Below, one piece after another: positions 1 to 13,920 of a DNA stretch of 64,000 nucleotides. Source of the stretch: Vitrella brassicaformis CCMP3155 (lineage: Eukaryota; Protista; Chromerida); assembly GCA_001179505.1 (NCBI GenBank), contig CDMY01000386.1:26371-90370 (forward strand), in the 5' to 3' direction. Below the pieces are notes generated by a model, which saw only the letters and a program-made list of their open reading frames with translations, made no database searches and was not told the origin of the DNA. The position numbers and the translations under genes are program-made. How positions within the stretch are numbered: the stretch's first letter is position 1; every line of letters begins with the position of its first letter.

Positions 1-2287
1 AGACCGACAACCTGGAGGAAGTCGTGAGGGCCATATTCCCACACCTCCAGCCACGGGCAATGCCGCCCAGCGGCAGCTTCGCCGACGCCAACGCACCTGC
101 TGACGGGGTCAGTGGGTGATCATGACGACACTCACTCATCGACGTCTGTCTGGTGTGTACCTGTGTTGTGTATGTGTGTGTGTGTGTGATGTAGACGTTG
201 AGCAAGGCCGCGCTGTCCTCCCTGATGACGGGCATGCGCAACTGGTTCGTCGGACCGGCCAAACCTAAACAGCAGCAGAACCAGGTTGGCCTGGCCACCC
301 CTCCCACGCCACCCGTGTTCGTTCAACTCTCCCCTGTGCGTGTGTGTGTTGCAGCTGCTGCAGAGTTCGCTCAAGGGCACCGAGGGCATGCGAGCGGCCG
401 ACCGGCGCACCGACACGGCCTGGGCTGACATCCGTCCAGTGCAGGAGCTGCAGGAGACCGAGAGCGCCGTCACCTGCCTGTCCTTCGGCCAGGAAAGGCA
501 CCACAGGGGATATGTGCTGCTCGCCACCGGCGCGAAAGACGGATCGGTCACCGTGTACAGGTACGCACACGGGGGGTGGGGGGGAGTTGTGGGTGAGTTG
601 GTGCGGGGGTGTGCAGGTGTTATCGGACTGAGATGGAGCTGTCCATCTTGAAGGATGTTGATTTCCGCACCAACGAGGCCCAGCCGGTGCCGCAGGAACA
701 CTCCAACATCGCCATACACTCCAGAATGGTCGGTCGGTCGCCGTGCATCTTCACCTTCACCTTCACCAGGACCCTCCCTCCTCACACACATCCATCCCAT
801 CTCGGGAACATGTGTGTGTGTATGTGTGTTGAATGGACAGACTGGTCATCAGCGGGCGGTGACTTCTTTGTTCTTCAACCTTCTGGAGGACCAGGTCGTC
901 ACCACGTCCATCGACAAATCAGTCAGATTCTGGAACGTCGACACAGGTCGCCACGGCACCACCCCCTAAACTCTCCCCCCCTCTCCCCCACACACTGCCA
1001 ATGCAATGGTGCAATGGTGCGATGTGGGTGCAGGTGAGATGTTGAAGGTGTTCACCGATAGCAGCCCGGCCCTCGTGGCGGCCTTCCTCCCCTTCAACCC
1101 CTCGGTGTTCGTCGCCGCCAACGCCAACGCCGTCCTGAGGCTCGTCAACGTCCAGAATGGGATCGTCGTGCAGAAGCTCAAGGTAAGAAGCCAGCCACTC
1201 GAGCACACAGACAGACAGACAGACAGGCAGACAGGCAGGCAACATCACCCCCTCCCTCCCTCCCTCCTCCCTCCGCATGGTGGTGGTCTGTGTGTGCGTG
1301 TGTGTGGTTGGGTGGGTGCTGTGTTGTCAGGTCGAGTCGGAGGTGCGAGCGTTGAAGTTTGACGACACCGGGCTGTTCTGCCTGGCGGGCACCAAGAACG
1401 GCGCCATCCACGTGCTGGAGGCCTCCGACTCCAACACGCTCAAGTTCAAATTCAAGAACCACCTCTCGCGCGTAGGCAGGCCAGCCTTACCACACCACCC
1501 CTCCCCTCCCAGCCACCAATGGATGTGTGTGTGGGTGGTAGGGTGCGGTGACTTGGATTACCTTTGTGGGCTCGAACAGCCCCGACAGCAACCCCTGTCT
1601 GCTGGTCAACAGCTGCGACTCGCACATAACGATCATCGACTGCATCTACGGACCGCCTCAGGGCGTCCTCACTAACCTGGCCGTCAGGCAACGGGTCAAG
1701 GTGCGTTTTACACCCCCGCTCCCTCTCCTCTCCCCCGAACACACAGACGTGGATGTGTGTGTGGGGGTGTGTGTGTGGGTGTATGGGTGTGTGTTTGTCA
1801 CTGGCACACTTGTCTGTCGTCTGCAGGTGGCGCATTCGTTGTTGCCGCTGCGCAACTGCTTCTCTGCGTATGGAGGGGGGTTCCTCATTTCGGCCTCGGA
1901 GGACAAGGAGGTCAGTCAGACTATAAGATCACATAGACTTCATTTGTCCATCCGTCAAGACCTCTGGGACCTCCGTGTGTGTGTATGTGCTTGGTTTGTA
2001 TGTGGTGTCTGTCTGCAGATATACATATATTCCCTGGCGAAGTCCGCCAACTACAAGATGCACTACCTCAAGCACCACAACGTACAGTACACACAGCCTC
2101 CTCACCCCCACACACGCAATCAACGCCATGTGTCTGTTGCTCTCTGTCTGTCTGCCGGTCGGTCATCCAGGCGCCGGTGTTGGCAGTGGCGGTGAACGCG
2201 CTCGACACGCTGATCGCATCGGCCGACTCGCTCGGCAACATCGTCTTGTGGCGACGGCTGGACTTCCCACATACCGGCGACCCATAG
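1..2287 (+). CDS. WDR13: WD40-repeat protein, WDR13-like (5' end outside window; about 11 exons seen)
   Basis: Spliced exons give ESAVTCLSFGQE, VTDFDWSSA..VVTTSIDKSVRFWNV, VRALKFDDTGLFCLAG, NPCLLVNSCDS, SASEDKE and APVLAVAVNALDTLIASADSLGNIVLWRR. As recalled, the C-terminus matches WDR13 ([29 protein letters not shown]). Stop TAG at 2285-2287. Confidence 0.8.
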
Positions 2288-3466
2288 ATGGGAGGGATTC
2301 GGTTACGATTACTAACGCTGAGAGGGACGGGTCGGTGAGGGGGTGGGGCTTTTGTGAATACGACACACATACACACATGGCTACACACACCTCCCTCCCC
2401 TTCATGCCATGTGTACGCTATGTGCTGGTTTTGCTAAGTGAGCCGTGTGGTTGGGTGTGGTTGGGTTGCTGCAGGCAGTGTGCGTGCGTGTGTCTCTGTG
2501 TGGTGGGCAGGACACCTCACCTGTGGGGGGCCCAGCCCACAGGTATGCGTGTGTCCGTGCTACCTGTGGGCCCCGCCAAGGGGATGTCGATCGACTCACC
2601 CAGTTTTGACGCCTCCCCCACCCACCCCTTCTCCACGGTATTGGCTAGCCCCCTCCCTCCCTCTTCAAGTCTGCGTGTCAATACCATACCAGTCAATGAA
2701 TGAAAGAATGGCTGGCTGGCTGGCTAGTCAAACATTATGATGCACGTGAGTCACGTGCTGCGGCAATTAATGCCATGAGATTGCTCCGTGTCAGGGTTGG
2801 TGGTGGGAGTTGGGGGGGTCGGGTGCAACATACATACACGACACACACATACACATACACACATATACAATGAATGCCCGTGATGGATGGCCCAGAGGGA
2901 CCCCTCACTGCTCGCTGCTGATGGATGGATGGATGGATAGCTGCTGTAGAGTACTCTCTCTCTCTCACCTCCCACACACGAGTTGCGCAGCGTCTGTGTT
3001 TGTGTGTGTGTTTGTGTGCGTGAGTGCTTACGCAGCCGGGCGGGGGCGACATGGGTGTGTGTGTGCGTGCGCGCGTCGAGTGCGGGGGTGGGTCCATTTC
3101 TTGATTGACGTCTATTATGCATCAGATTGTGTGTCAGTCTCGCTAGTGGTGGTCTGCATGCGGTGAGTGAGTGAGTGAGTGTGTAGGATCTTTGCTGCAT
3201 TTTGACATCGATTCATCGATTCATCTCGCTGTGTGTGCCGGCTGCGTTCCCCTGGGAGGGAGGGATGGAGGGAGGAGCGGCTTTCCCTATAGCTAAGCTG
3301 CCCGTGGCTTCGATCATGCTCACTCATGTTGGTTGAGACCTTATGGCTGACTGCATGACTTGACTGCCTTTGTCTGATGCGTGACATGGTGCCGCCATCT
3401 CAATCAACGTGCCTTTTATACCAACACCAATACCAATCCATCCATCCATCCATCGTACTCGTTCGT

Positions 3467-6400
3467 TCAAGAGATCCTCTCGGCGACGTATGCGCTGCCC
3501 TTGCTGGGCAGGTGCACACAGTACGACCTACCAGCCGTAGAAGTGCCCACACTCGAACGCATCACGACAAACACACCCTTACCACCTACTTCTCTATCTC
3601 TCCCACCACTCTCTTCGCTCTCATCAGCAATGCCTCGCGCCTCCAACACACCAGACAAGTCCCCCAACTCGCCCCCCGCACCAACCCCTCTCCCTCTCCC
3701 TCTCGCCATCTCGTGCACCACCATATGCCGCCTTGTGTGTTCCGTGTCTGCTGCATCTCCCGCAATGACCACACGCACTCGCGCAGATTCAGTGTCCTCC
3801 CCTCCTTTAGTGCGTGTCTCAGCGTCGCGCCTATGCGGCAGTGTGTCACGGAGAAATCCATGAGACGTCTTGGGTCGGGTGCGTTTGTGGATTCTCCCTT
3901 TAGCTCGTGACTGCGGGCGTGTTGATGTTGAGGAGGCAGGGGCCTGCAGCAGCAGGGGGGGCTCCAAAGCGATCATCTCGCTTCTGGGTGTCTTGGGGGT
4001 GGCTGGGACGACGGGTGTTTTCCTCGTCTCTGCCTTGTCCATGGCTGGTGAGGCCGTCTTGGGCGTCGTCAGCCGGACGGCCTCTGGCGACATGGCGACT
4101 GTGGCGGCTGTCGTCTCAGGCGTTTTCACCCTCTCTTGGCACACAGGAGTCGCCTTGCCGCCCCCCGGCAGCGGCTCAAAGTCGAAATCCGTGACGAAGC
4201 GCGTCCCCGCTGCTTTCTCCCTCGCCGACAACAGCCGTGAGCTCCGACAAGGCATAGCGCTCAGGACCCTTCGATGCACCGTCGCAGCGGCTGTGGCTGC
4301 TGCAGCGGGTGTGTGTGGTGTGGCCGTGGCCGGGGGCGATACCGACGCAGCGCGGTAGCTGAGAGCGTACTGTGGTGCGGGTGCTGGTGCTGGTGTGGGC
4401 GAGGTCATGGCTAAGGATACTGGCGAGAAGAGTAGGGGTGTGAGTGGGACGGAGTCGGTGTGGGGGGAGGAGGTTCTGACGGAGGGGTGGACCAGAGAAG
4501 GGACCGGCGACGGGGCACCTGACCACGCACAGAGAGACATGAATGACACGACAGCAGCAAAAAAGTGGATGGAAGGTGCCAGAAAGAAAGTGACAGTACA
4601 GTACCTGCTATCCTGGCTCCTTGCATGACAGAGAGGCGTCGTGAGCCGACGATCAAGTCCGTCCGCGACTGAGATTCCAGACTGTCGTGCTTGTCCCTCT
4701 CCGCCTGCAGAAACGTCGCCACCGACGCCACCAGCCTCCCGCAGTCCCACTCCAGCTTCACTACCCTCAACTCCCCTGCCTCCACCCACACAAGCCGACC
4801 CCCGTCAGGCAGCATCATTCCTTTGGCACCGCACTCGCACTTCGGTCGCAGCAAAGTCAGGCAGCTTTTCATCACCCTGCCTGCTGCTCCTGCTGCCGAG
4901 ACGTCTTTGTCCTTCTGTGGCGACTGCGGGGGGCCTCGGAATCGCCAAATACGCGGAGAGGTCTTGGGCGTGAAAGGGGCGAACGTGGCCAGAGACACGT
5001 CTCCTCTTTCTTTGTCCTTGCCCCTGGCTTGACGCATGGCGGCGGTCTGGAAGGTGGCCGGGGGGAGGGGGTAGAGCGAGATGGTCATGTTGTCGCCGTC
5101 GTGCACCAGCAAGGCGTGCTGCCGCGGGGTGTATGTCACCCACCCGTTCGCTCCCGTGTGCGGCATCTTGACAGGCGGGGCCGCCACGACGTCGATAGCG
5201 AAAATCGACGGACCGGTGGCTTCTCTCTCTCTCTCCATCACCGTGACGGATTGCGAGAGAAGCCCTGATTGTGACGTGGAGGGGCCCCTCGATACGGACA
5301 CAGACGCAGACACGCTTTCGCCGCTGACACTGCTCTGCCGCGACAGCAGCTGAGAGGAGGACGGCGTCATGGTGGTGGACCGAGCGGGGGGGGCAAGGAG
5401 GGCGCCACGCGTCTGTATCCTCGACGGCATGAGCGTCACCCTCTTCCGCCTCAGTCGCCTCTTCTTGCGCAGAGTCCAGAACGATAGCGTGTCTCCGCTG
5501 TGGACCATCAGCGTCAGGTTGCAGAAGATGGCAGAGTGGACGTCGGCTGGTGGGCCAGAGGGGCACAGCATTGAGGGCGGGAGGTAGGCCAGCCGCTCCA
5601 CTCCCATCTCGGGCAGCGTTGTCACGCTCGAGGTGATGGGCATCGGTCGCCTCTCCGCCTTGCGGGTCACCCTTGCCACCCCGACAATCCCATTTGACAG
5701 CACGAAGGCCGCGAACCGCCCGTCACCGCTCAAATCGCTGTCTTGGAAAGTTACTCTCTCTGTGAACACCCTCTGCTGGCTCAGCAGCGACTGTGAGATC
5801 AGAGAGTTGACCGACTTGCTGGGGATGGTGGCCGTGAGAGTGGAGTGCACAAACACGTAGAGAGAGTGGGGGGTGTGGACGAGGAGGGTGGTGGCCTCGG
5901 AGGAGATGCGGATGGCTGTCGCGGGGGGGATGGTCGAGAGAGGGTGTTCCCGCGACATCCAGAAAAGCTCCGTCAACCGCTGCCCGTCACGCACGTCCCA
6001 CACCTTCAATGTCCGCCAGGCCGACGCAGCGATCAATGCGTTGGTCGCACAGACCACCAGCAGGAGCACCTCCTCCCCATTCTGGCCGCCTTCGTGAGCT
6101 TTGACCGACTTGTTGAGCAGAAATGGGTCGTCATCCCCCTCGCCCCGCCTCCAGATGTCCATACGCCCGCCAACATATCCCACCAGCAGGAAGAGTCCCT
6201 CCCTGTCCACAGCCAGGGAACAGAGTCTCGGCGCACGCATCGACTGCAGCAAGCTGACGTTTGTGAGATGGCCTTTCTGCATCTGGGGGTGGGCACGTGT
6301 GAGCGAGGGGAAAGGGGGAAAGGCCTCGCACCACATGGATGCCACGGACGGGTGGCTCCACCTGGCGGTGACCTCCCTCTGTATGAGCGACCGTTGTTTC

Positions 6401-9400
6401 TCCAAGTGCCTGTGGAAGCCGTGGATGAAGTAGGGCGGATGCTGGCCCTCAATCGCCCGGGAAGACGCCAGCAAACGGCTCAGCTTGCCGGCGTAGTCAC
6501 AGAGCCCCGTGAAGGACACACTGCCTTCGTCAAGACCGCATGGCATTGACCGGCACTCCCTGACAACCTGATTGACGGCCTCATCACAGGCCTCCATGTG
6601 TCTCGCCGCCTCCACATAGGCCATAGCAGTCGGGCTGGACTCCTCTCCTTTCCCACCAGCACCGTAGCCATGGCTCTCCGCCGTCAGGTACTCTTCCATC
6701 TGCGAGAAGAGGCTCTCCAGCCGGGAGGACGACACAGTGATGGTCGACAAGTTGTCGGCGGTGGACACGCTCCCGGCCACAGACGTCCCCCTGCTGCCCT
6801 TGCTGCCCTTGCTGCCCTTGCTGCCGCCTTCGCCCCTTCTATGGCTCCGCTGGCCATGCTGGAAGGTGGGGATGATGTACAGCCGCCCGGATGAGGCGCG
6901 CACGAAGACGCTCGGCCGGGAGCGGAGGGTGGTGTGGAGGAGCTCGCCTTGGTCGATTTGACGGGAGGGGAGGGTGGTGTTGATGAAGGGGTCGAGTTGG
7001 GTGCCGAGGGGGGCAGTGCTGTCGGGGAGGCGGGTGGACTTGCGCCTCATGGACAGCTGGCTGACGATGGCCATCCGGCGAACGGCCTGCCTGCAGGTCG
7101 AGGGGGAGAGAGGACAAGCAGCGACGCATTCGTGTGTGTATGTATGTGAAGAGATGCCTTCCTTCCTCGCACTCATTTGCTTACTTGAGTGTTGAGGCCC
7201 TCCTGGCTGTCGTGGCCCTTTCACCAGCAGCCTCCTCTTTCTCACGCTGAGACGGCCACCACACACACAGACACAGTATGAGACACAGGCACTCTCCTGC
7301 CTCTCCCTGCGTCTGTCTACGTCTCACCTACCTTTGCCCATGCGGTGCTGAGTTTGTAGCACTTGACCCTGGGGCCCATCCCGACAGCCAATAGGGGCAA
7401 AGAGGAGAGGCTCAGGGCCATCCACGGGCGAGGCTTGCCGGCGGGATTATGTGCGACTGGCAGCGGGTCGGTCGAGAACAGAAACTCGCCCGTCTTGCTG
7501 GAAAGAACGATGACGCTACCTGCAGGTGGACAGACAGGGAGGTGAAAGAACGACTGGCTGGGTGTTTCTCCATCTGACTGTGTTGGGCCCGGCCCGCTCG
7601 CACCGTCCTCATTGAGGAGGGCCAGGTGTGACGTCTTGGCCGACCACGTGCAGCCCGCGTGATCGCGGCCCTTCGGCAACGGTACACGCCGCCTGCATTG
7701 TTTGCATCCAACACGTCACATCACATTCATGTCATGCAGCCAACACATGAAGGGCCCGTGTGTTGTGTTGCGTGCCATCACTCACTCACGTCGGCACAGG
7801 GCAGATCTGCGCGTCTCCCCTCGGGGGCAGGCCCCTCAGTTGCGTCGTCTTCTCTGCGTTGGCGGCGAGGCTGTACCACAGCACCTGCCTCTCACCCACC
7901 ACCATTAGCGCCATCTCGTCAGGAACGATGAAGGCCCCTCTCAGCACGTCAGGCGGCTGCCGATCACCCGAGCCGTCCACAAACAATGGGGAGGCCGGGC
8001 GGCTCGCTGAGGGTGACGTCTTCTGTGGCAGGAGGTCGTCGATGTCCGGCACCTCTGTCTCAGACATGTCGGTTGAGCGGAACCGCAGCAGCCGCAGCTC
8101 CCTCTGTCTGTCCACCTTGACGTCGGTGCTGCCCACCCACAGAACCCGCACACACGGCACCACATGGTACCTCTCCCCCTGCCCTTCGGCACCCCTTTCT
8201 GCCGACGGATCGTCTGCGAGGCTCTCGGCGGTCAGGCGCAATCGCAGTTTGGTAGGGCTTCGGGGGCTCCTGTCGTTCGCCTTGTAGCTAACAGCATTGA
8301 TGTCCAGCACGGCAGCGCGGGAGTCGATGACGAGCAGTAGAGGGGGATTGTCCTGGGTGTTGCTGAGGGGGGCGGCGTGCAATACCTTGATGGGCGTGTG
8401 GGTGAGGGTAAGCAGGTGCGCAGTGGGCAGGAAGTAGTTGCTGTAATACTGAACGGACGAACCGGCAAAATCAGAGAGCAATGCCATTCCAGAGATTTCA
8501 GAGCTCCTCGCGTCCGCTTCTTTACCTACATTGGTCTTTATGTATGGCTCCAGCTCAGAGTTTGGCGTGAATTTTGCCCCTGGAGGCACGCGCTTCTTCC
8601 TCATTTCGTCGGCATACAGCAGCAGCCGATGCTTCTTTATCAAACTGCATCCACACGCCGACACACACCCACATCCATTCACCGAGCCCCTGTGTCTCTC
8701 TCCGTCTGTCTGTCTCTCACGCGGCGTTGTCTTCCATGAGTCTCAGTCTGAGCTGGTCAGTGATGGGCAGGGCGTGCACCACTGAGGGGATGATCCGCTG
8801 GTAGTTGAAAGCAACCAGACCTGCCGCGGCCCTCTCCGCTATCAGCTGGGCGGAATCGCTCGTGTCATCTGCACGCATATTAAGACACACATACACCCAT
8901 CTGGACTGAGAGAGAGAGAGAGGCAAAGGAAATGGCGTCGGTGCTGACCTGCGATGATGCTGACGTGTGACTTCTTCCTGGCTGTGAGGACGAAGCGCTG
9001 GATGCTGCCGTCACAGTAGAAGATGAGGACACTCTTGTAGGCTGGTGGCATGACGACTGCGTGCGCGATGGGCTCCGGGTGTGTCCGCAGCAGATGAAAC
9101 TCCTAACAGTGACAGAATTCAGCCGTTGGGTGGGTCTTGGTGTGGCGTGGTGCGGCATATCCACCAGGTGGTCTTAGACTACCTGTATCTCTTTGCTCAG
9201 CTTGATGAGCAGCGACACATCAGGCTGCACCCTTACACACAACAAACACACCCACAAGACAAATGACCCACCACAAATGAAGCCTCACTCACCCATATGT
9301 GCTTCGGCGCCGTCCGACCGAAGAACCTCTCATGGTACGCCGCCACACCGTCCGCCCCCCCATGCATCAGCACAAACCCAGGGGGCAGCAACCGAAGCGA

Positions 9401-11437
9401 ACCCACCTTCCCCCGCTCCTCATCCCGCTGGCCATAGCCAATCCCAGCCATAAAAGTGTCGCCCTCCCGGCTGTAGAACTGGGGAGCCTTGGCGTTGAAT
9501 AGAGGGGCCGATTGTGGGCCGGGGTCTCTCTTTCTGCCGCTACCTTCAATATCGAAGACGGATTGTCTGCGGCCGGATGAGCGTCGTCTTGCGGTGAGGA
9601 GGGAGAGGCGGCGGTCGACGGGTTGTGGGATGGGGAGGGAGGGGGGAATGGTGGGCGGGGTGCACTGGGTGAGCTTGAAGTGGGGGGCCAGGAGGTGGCA
9701 GAGGTTGACATTGCTGATGAAGTCGTAGAGGACCGAACGAATGCTGACACACAGACAACACAGACACGGAGAAAGAGACAGACACACAGCCGCGTCAATG
9801 TACACAGAACACACTGTGTCTCTCTCTCACTCGTATAGCAGCTTGAAGGCCGAGTATTCTGATCGAGTGAAAGAGTGCCGATCCCACAGTGCCCCGTACC
9901 TACAGATGGACATGTCCCAGCCAGCCAGCCATTCCTTCCAGCAGTGCAACTCGAGTCTTCACAGGTACCTTGCGAGCATCATGTCAGCTCCGTTTAGAGC
10001 CTCAGGCAGCCAGAACTCCATGCACAGGAGACATATGCCCAACACGGCCACCTCCAGGCTCGGTACACACAGCTGCAGCTGACTCAAGGCCGCCGGGAGC
10101 GACGATAGCTCTTGACATCTCCGCCTCAATAAGAAGCTGAGCATTTGTGCCTCTCCTAAGGACGGATCGCCTTCCGATGCCGCGTCAACGAGCCCCTGAA
10201 TGCGGCCCCACCCCCATCCGCAGACACCGTCATCCTGCCCACCTCTGTCTTCGATAGCCACACCCCTGCGGTCCCTGCACAGCGTCAAGAGCACTTTCGC
10301 CCTGTGCAGCAGGCCCCGCGACTCCAGCCACGCCACCATTCGTGGGCTGTTAAGCAGCGCCTCCAGGGGGTGGGGTGCGGGTGTTTCTGATGAATAGATG
10401 GAGAAGAGGGCATCTTGGAATGCCCCATGGGATGTATCCAGTGTCTCGGTGTCGGCAGTTGCGGAAGCGAGGCGGTCCAGCAGTTGATGGATGGCGCCGA
10501 GGACCAGTGCTGTTGTGTTGTTGTCAGTCTCAGTGAGGTTTGCTTGAAGGTGCCCTACCAGGTCTCCCAACTCGTCCAGCCGAGTGCTGCTTTGTTCCAT
10601 CTCCCAAGGCAGCAGGGAGCACCAACACAGCACACGGAGGACCATGCTGCAAAGGGCCAACAAGTCGGCAAATACAGCCGCGAAAGACTCAGCCGAGTCG
10701 TCGATTGGCCGGCAGTGGAAACAGGGCGACACAATCAACATATAATGCTGGCCTCCAAGAGGATATTGGCGCCAAAATGAGGGCGGAAGGGCGTCGTCGG
10801 CATCTCTGTCCTTTGCTGCCACCTTCACCGCAATACCGCCATTCGGCTGATCGATGGACGAGTAGCTCCGCATGTAGCCCGATGTGCCTTCACTTGACGC
10901 ATCAATGTCATCCCCAGTGGCTTGTGTGTCGCTGCATGGTGTCACGTAGATGTCCCTTGGGCTGATTCGGCCGCCGAGAGTGACACCTGCAGCGTGGCAG
11001 CCCATAATGGCCGAGGACAGCTGGATGGCCCAGTCGACGCACATCTCCATCGCTTCATCTGATGAGCCCTCATCCTCACCACGATCGCCCATGCCGCTCT
11101 CCAGCACCTCTGCAAGCGTCACAATCTGGGTCCGCCTTGACGACTGTCCAGTCCTCAGCTCAAACACCGGCACGGGATCACACACGCCCACCCGCCGGTG
11201 TGCCGGCTGCCTGCCCTCCACTGCAATGGACTGCAGGAAGTGGACGGGCAGCACATGCGGGTGAAAGATTCCATGCCAGAGAAGGGCCGCGTCGTCGAGG
11301 GCCACATCGTCAGACTCTTCTTCTGGCGGGACGCAGACAGACAGAGCCACGGACGAGGTGCCGTACTTGAGGACCACAAGGGCTGGCCCAGGGCTCTGTG
11401 AGGGGCTCAGCAGCGGGCGAACGGCGGCGTTGAGCAT
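3467..11437 (-). CDS. Large multi-exon protein: N-terminal degenerate kinase-like region, central WD40 repeats, low-complexity C-terminus
   Basis: Long same-strand ORFs (9959-11437, 7786-8682, 4411-7266, 3467-4789) are joinable by GT-AG introns, e.g. about 4421-4603. WD-like segments: LCSLAVDREGLFLLVGYVGGRMDIWRR, LIAASAWRTLKVWDVRDG, QDSDLSGDGRFAAFVLSNGIVGV. Kinase-like HPHVLPVHF and WAIQLSSAIMGCHAAGV. The true start could lie in the gap at 11527-11826. Confidence 0.65.
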
Positions 11438-11526
11438 GACAGATCGTCACAGTCTCCCGTCTCTGCAGCTGTCGTTGGTGTTTCCCTTTGGGGCTCAGGT
11501 TCAAGACTCAATCGAGACGGCAACGA

Positions 11527-11826
11527 NNNNNNNNNNNNNNNNNNNNNNNNNNNNNNNNNNNNNNNNNNNNNNNNNNNNNNNNNNNNNNNNNNNNNNNNNN
11601 NNNNNNNNNNNNNNNNNNNNNNNNNNNNNNNNNNNNNNNNNNNNNNNNNNNNNNNNNNNNNNNNNNNNNNNNNNNNNNNNNNNNNNNNNNNNNNNNNNNN
11701 NNNNNNNNNNNNNNNNNNNNNNNNNNNNNNNNNNNNNNNNNNNNNNNNNNNNNNNNNNNNNNNNNNNNNNNNNNNNNNNNNNNNNNNNNNNNNNNNNNNN
11801 NNNNNNNNNNNNNNNNNNNNNNNNNN
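11527..11826. other. Assembly gap (300 N)
   Basis: Run of exactly 300 N. All five gaps have this length, so it is a placeholder of unknown true size. Confidence 0.99.
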
Positions 11827-11955
11827 GGGGGGGAACTTCTCCAGCTGCGAGCTTAGAGAGGAAGGCGATCGGTCTTCCCGAATTTCGAATTCGCATGGTG
11901 GCTGTAGTGTCGTGTTGCCAGGTCTATACGGTCACCAGGAAGGTGAGTGAGTATT

Positions 11956-13133
11956 ATGACCGATCCTTCCTCTCTTGCTGTGGACTACTTCCTCGTCCTC
12001 GACTTTGAGGCCACGTGCGAAGAGAAGCGCCGACTGGTGCCTCAGGAGATCATCGAATGGCCGGTGGGGAACAAACAGGCAGCACCGCAGCACCGAGAGG
12101 GGGCTTGACGTACGTATGTGGGTTGACCTGTGGCCTTCAGGTTGTGAAGGTGAATGCACACACGTGCTGCATCGAGGACCCTGCTTTTCATCAGTACATA
12201 GCGCCTCAGGCGCATCCCACGGTGACTCCGTTCTGCACACAACTCACCGGCATCACACAGGTGAGGGACAGGAGGGATGGACGGCACGGCGCCGCCTGAC
12301 TGCAGGCCCAAGCCCATGGCCATCGAGTGAGTGCATGGAAACGATGAACGACAGACATAGATCCAGACACATACACAGGCTGTCTGCCTTTTGCAGCCCA
12401 TGTGTTCTGTTCGTATAGGAAATGGTGGCTGGGCAGCCGCCCTTCGCTGAGGCACTGCAACGGTTCACGGCGTGGATGATACAAAACCGTGAGCATATAG
12501 AACACGAGACCAGCGGCTCGACGACAGGAGGCACGTGTTTTGCTTCAGGCTTGGCAGCTCCAGCCGTGCCTCAGGACAGCAGTGAGGAGGAAGAGATCAC
12601 CCCCACCGTCCCCCCTCTTCGCTCGGTGTTCGTCACGTGTGGTGTAGGTTCAATGCATGACACATCCTGTCCATCAAACACCCCCACACACGTGTATATC
12701 ACCTGCACCTTTTTGACGCCCCCCCTTCGCTCGTTGCGTAGGACTGGGATCTCAAGACCATGCTGCCCGCTCAGTGTGCGGTGTCGGGGGTGGAGGTGCC
12801 GCTGGCGATGAGGACGTGGATCAACATCAAGAAGGTGTGCAGACTAAATGGGTTGCTAGGGGCAGCGAAACGGCTGTCATGTGCTGTTGCTGATCTGTGC
12901 AGGTAGCTTCCCACTGTTTCAGTCGCAGAATCGACGGCATGCCCGCCTTGCTGCAGCGCTGCGGGCTGTCGCTTGAGGGCAGGCACCACAGCGGCATCGA
13001 CGACGCTATCAACATTGCGAGGTGCTGGGTGCACCTGATCAAGTACAGAGGGGGAGGATGGCAGGATGCTCACATGCAGCCACTATCTGTAACGTTCGTT
13101 GCTGTGTTTGGACCAGGACCTACCCCGAATTGA
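11956..13133 (+). CDS. ERI1-family DEDDh 3'-5' exoribonuclease (5 exons)
   Basis: MTDPSSLAVDYFLVLDFEATCEE..QEIIEWP / FHQYIAPQAHPTVTPFCTQLTGITQ / FVTCG-DWDLKTML / WINIKK / LEGRHHSGIDDAINIAR. All ERI-type exonuclease motifs are present across canonical introns. Confidence 0.9.
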
Positions 13134-13920
13134 GGACAGCTGAGGGCATCGCCCCCTGGCTCACTCGCAACACTGCAATGGTAGCACCCCCTGGAGCAGA
13201 GGGAAGTCAAGGGAAGATAGCTTGATGTGGCGGGTTGTTTCTGTGTCATGCGGGTCGTAAGCTGTGGATTGTGATGAGCGATGCTGCGTCGACAGGCAAT
13301 AGAGATCTTCATGCCGCCTGCATGCAGACCACATGTTCCCCCAGTGCCAATCGTGTATCCCCAAGGCCAACCCAATGCCATTCTGTTTGAGCGAACGCGG
13401 CTGGTGCATGCATGAGGCGTTGAGATGAATAGCGGTCAGCAGGACTGGTTGATGTACCATCCAACGCACTCGTGTACGCTACATAAGCAAGTCCACCCGA
13501 CACACAACCGGCCTAAACCGGCCACGAGTGGGGCGGTCGTGGACGGGCTGCTTTCCATTGCAAGAGTGAACAGATTCCAGCGTCCGTCGCTTGCTGACCC
13601 TCACACAGCCAGTATGCCGTCCGGGATCATCGGTGAAGTTGACAAGGCCCCCACCTTTCGCCCCCCGTCTCTCGCGTTTTCGAGAAGTCCTTTTTCCCTC
13701 CTTGCTGCCCCGTTTTGGACCGGCTGTATCCAAGTATATCGGTCTACCGGCTGAAATCGGCTGCAATCGAGGTGAAACACCCGTCGGACTCCTCGCTCTG
13801 TCAGGCGGCCTTATTCTCACGTTTCCCTCTCGAGCCAACCGGCGAATCATCGCGTTTCGGCGTCAGGAGCATCCTCCATCGGCGGTTGGACCCGTCGGCA
13901 ATGGCAACTCACCGTCTCAC

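Noticed and set aside
12480-12630. Acidic insertion of about 45 aa in the ERI1-family exonuclease
   Set aside because: Low-complexity loop insertions are common in alveolate proteins, and the catalytic motifs are intact.
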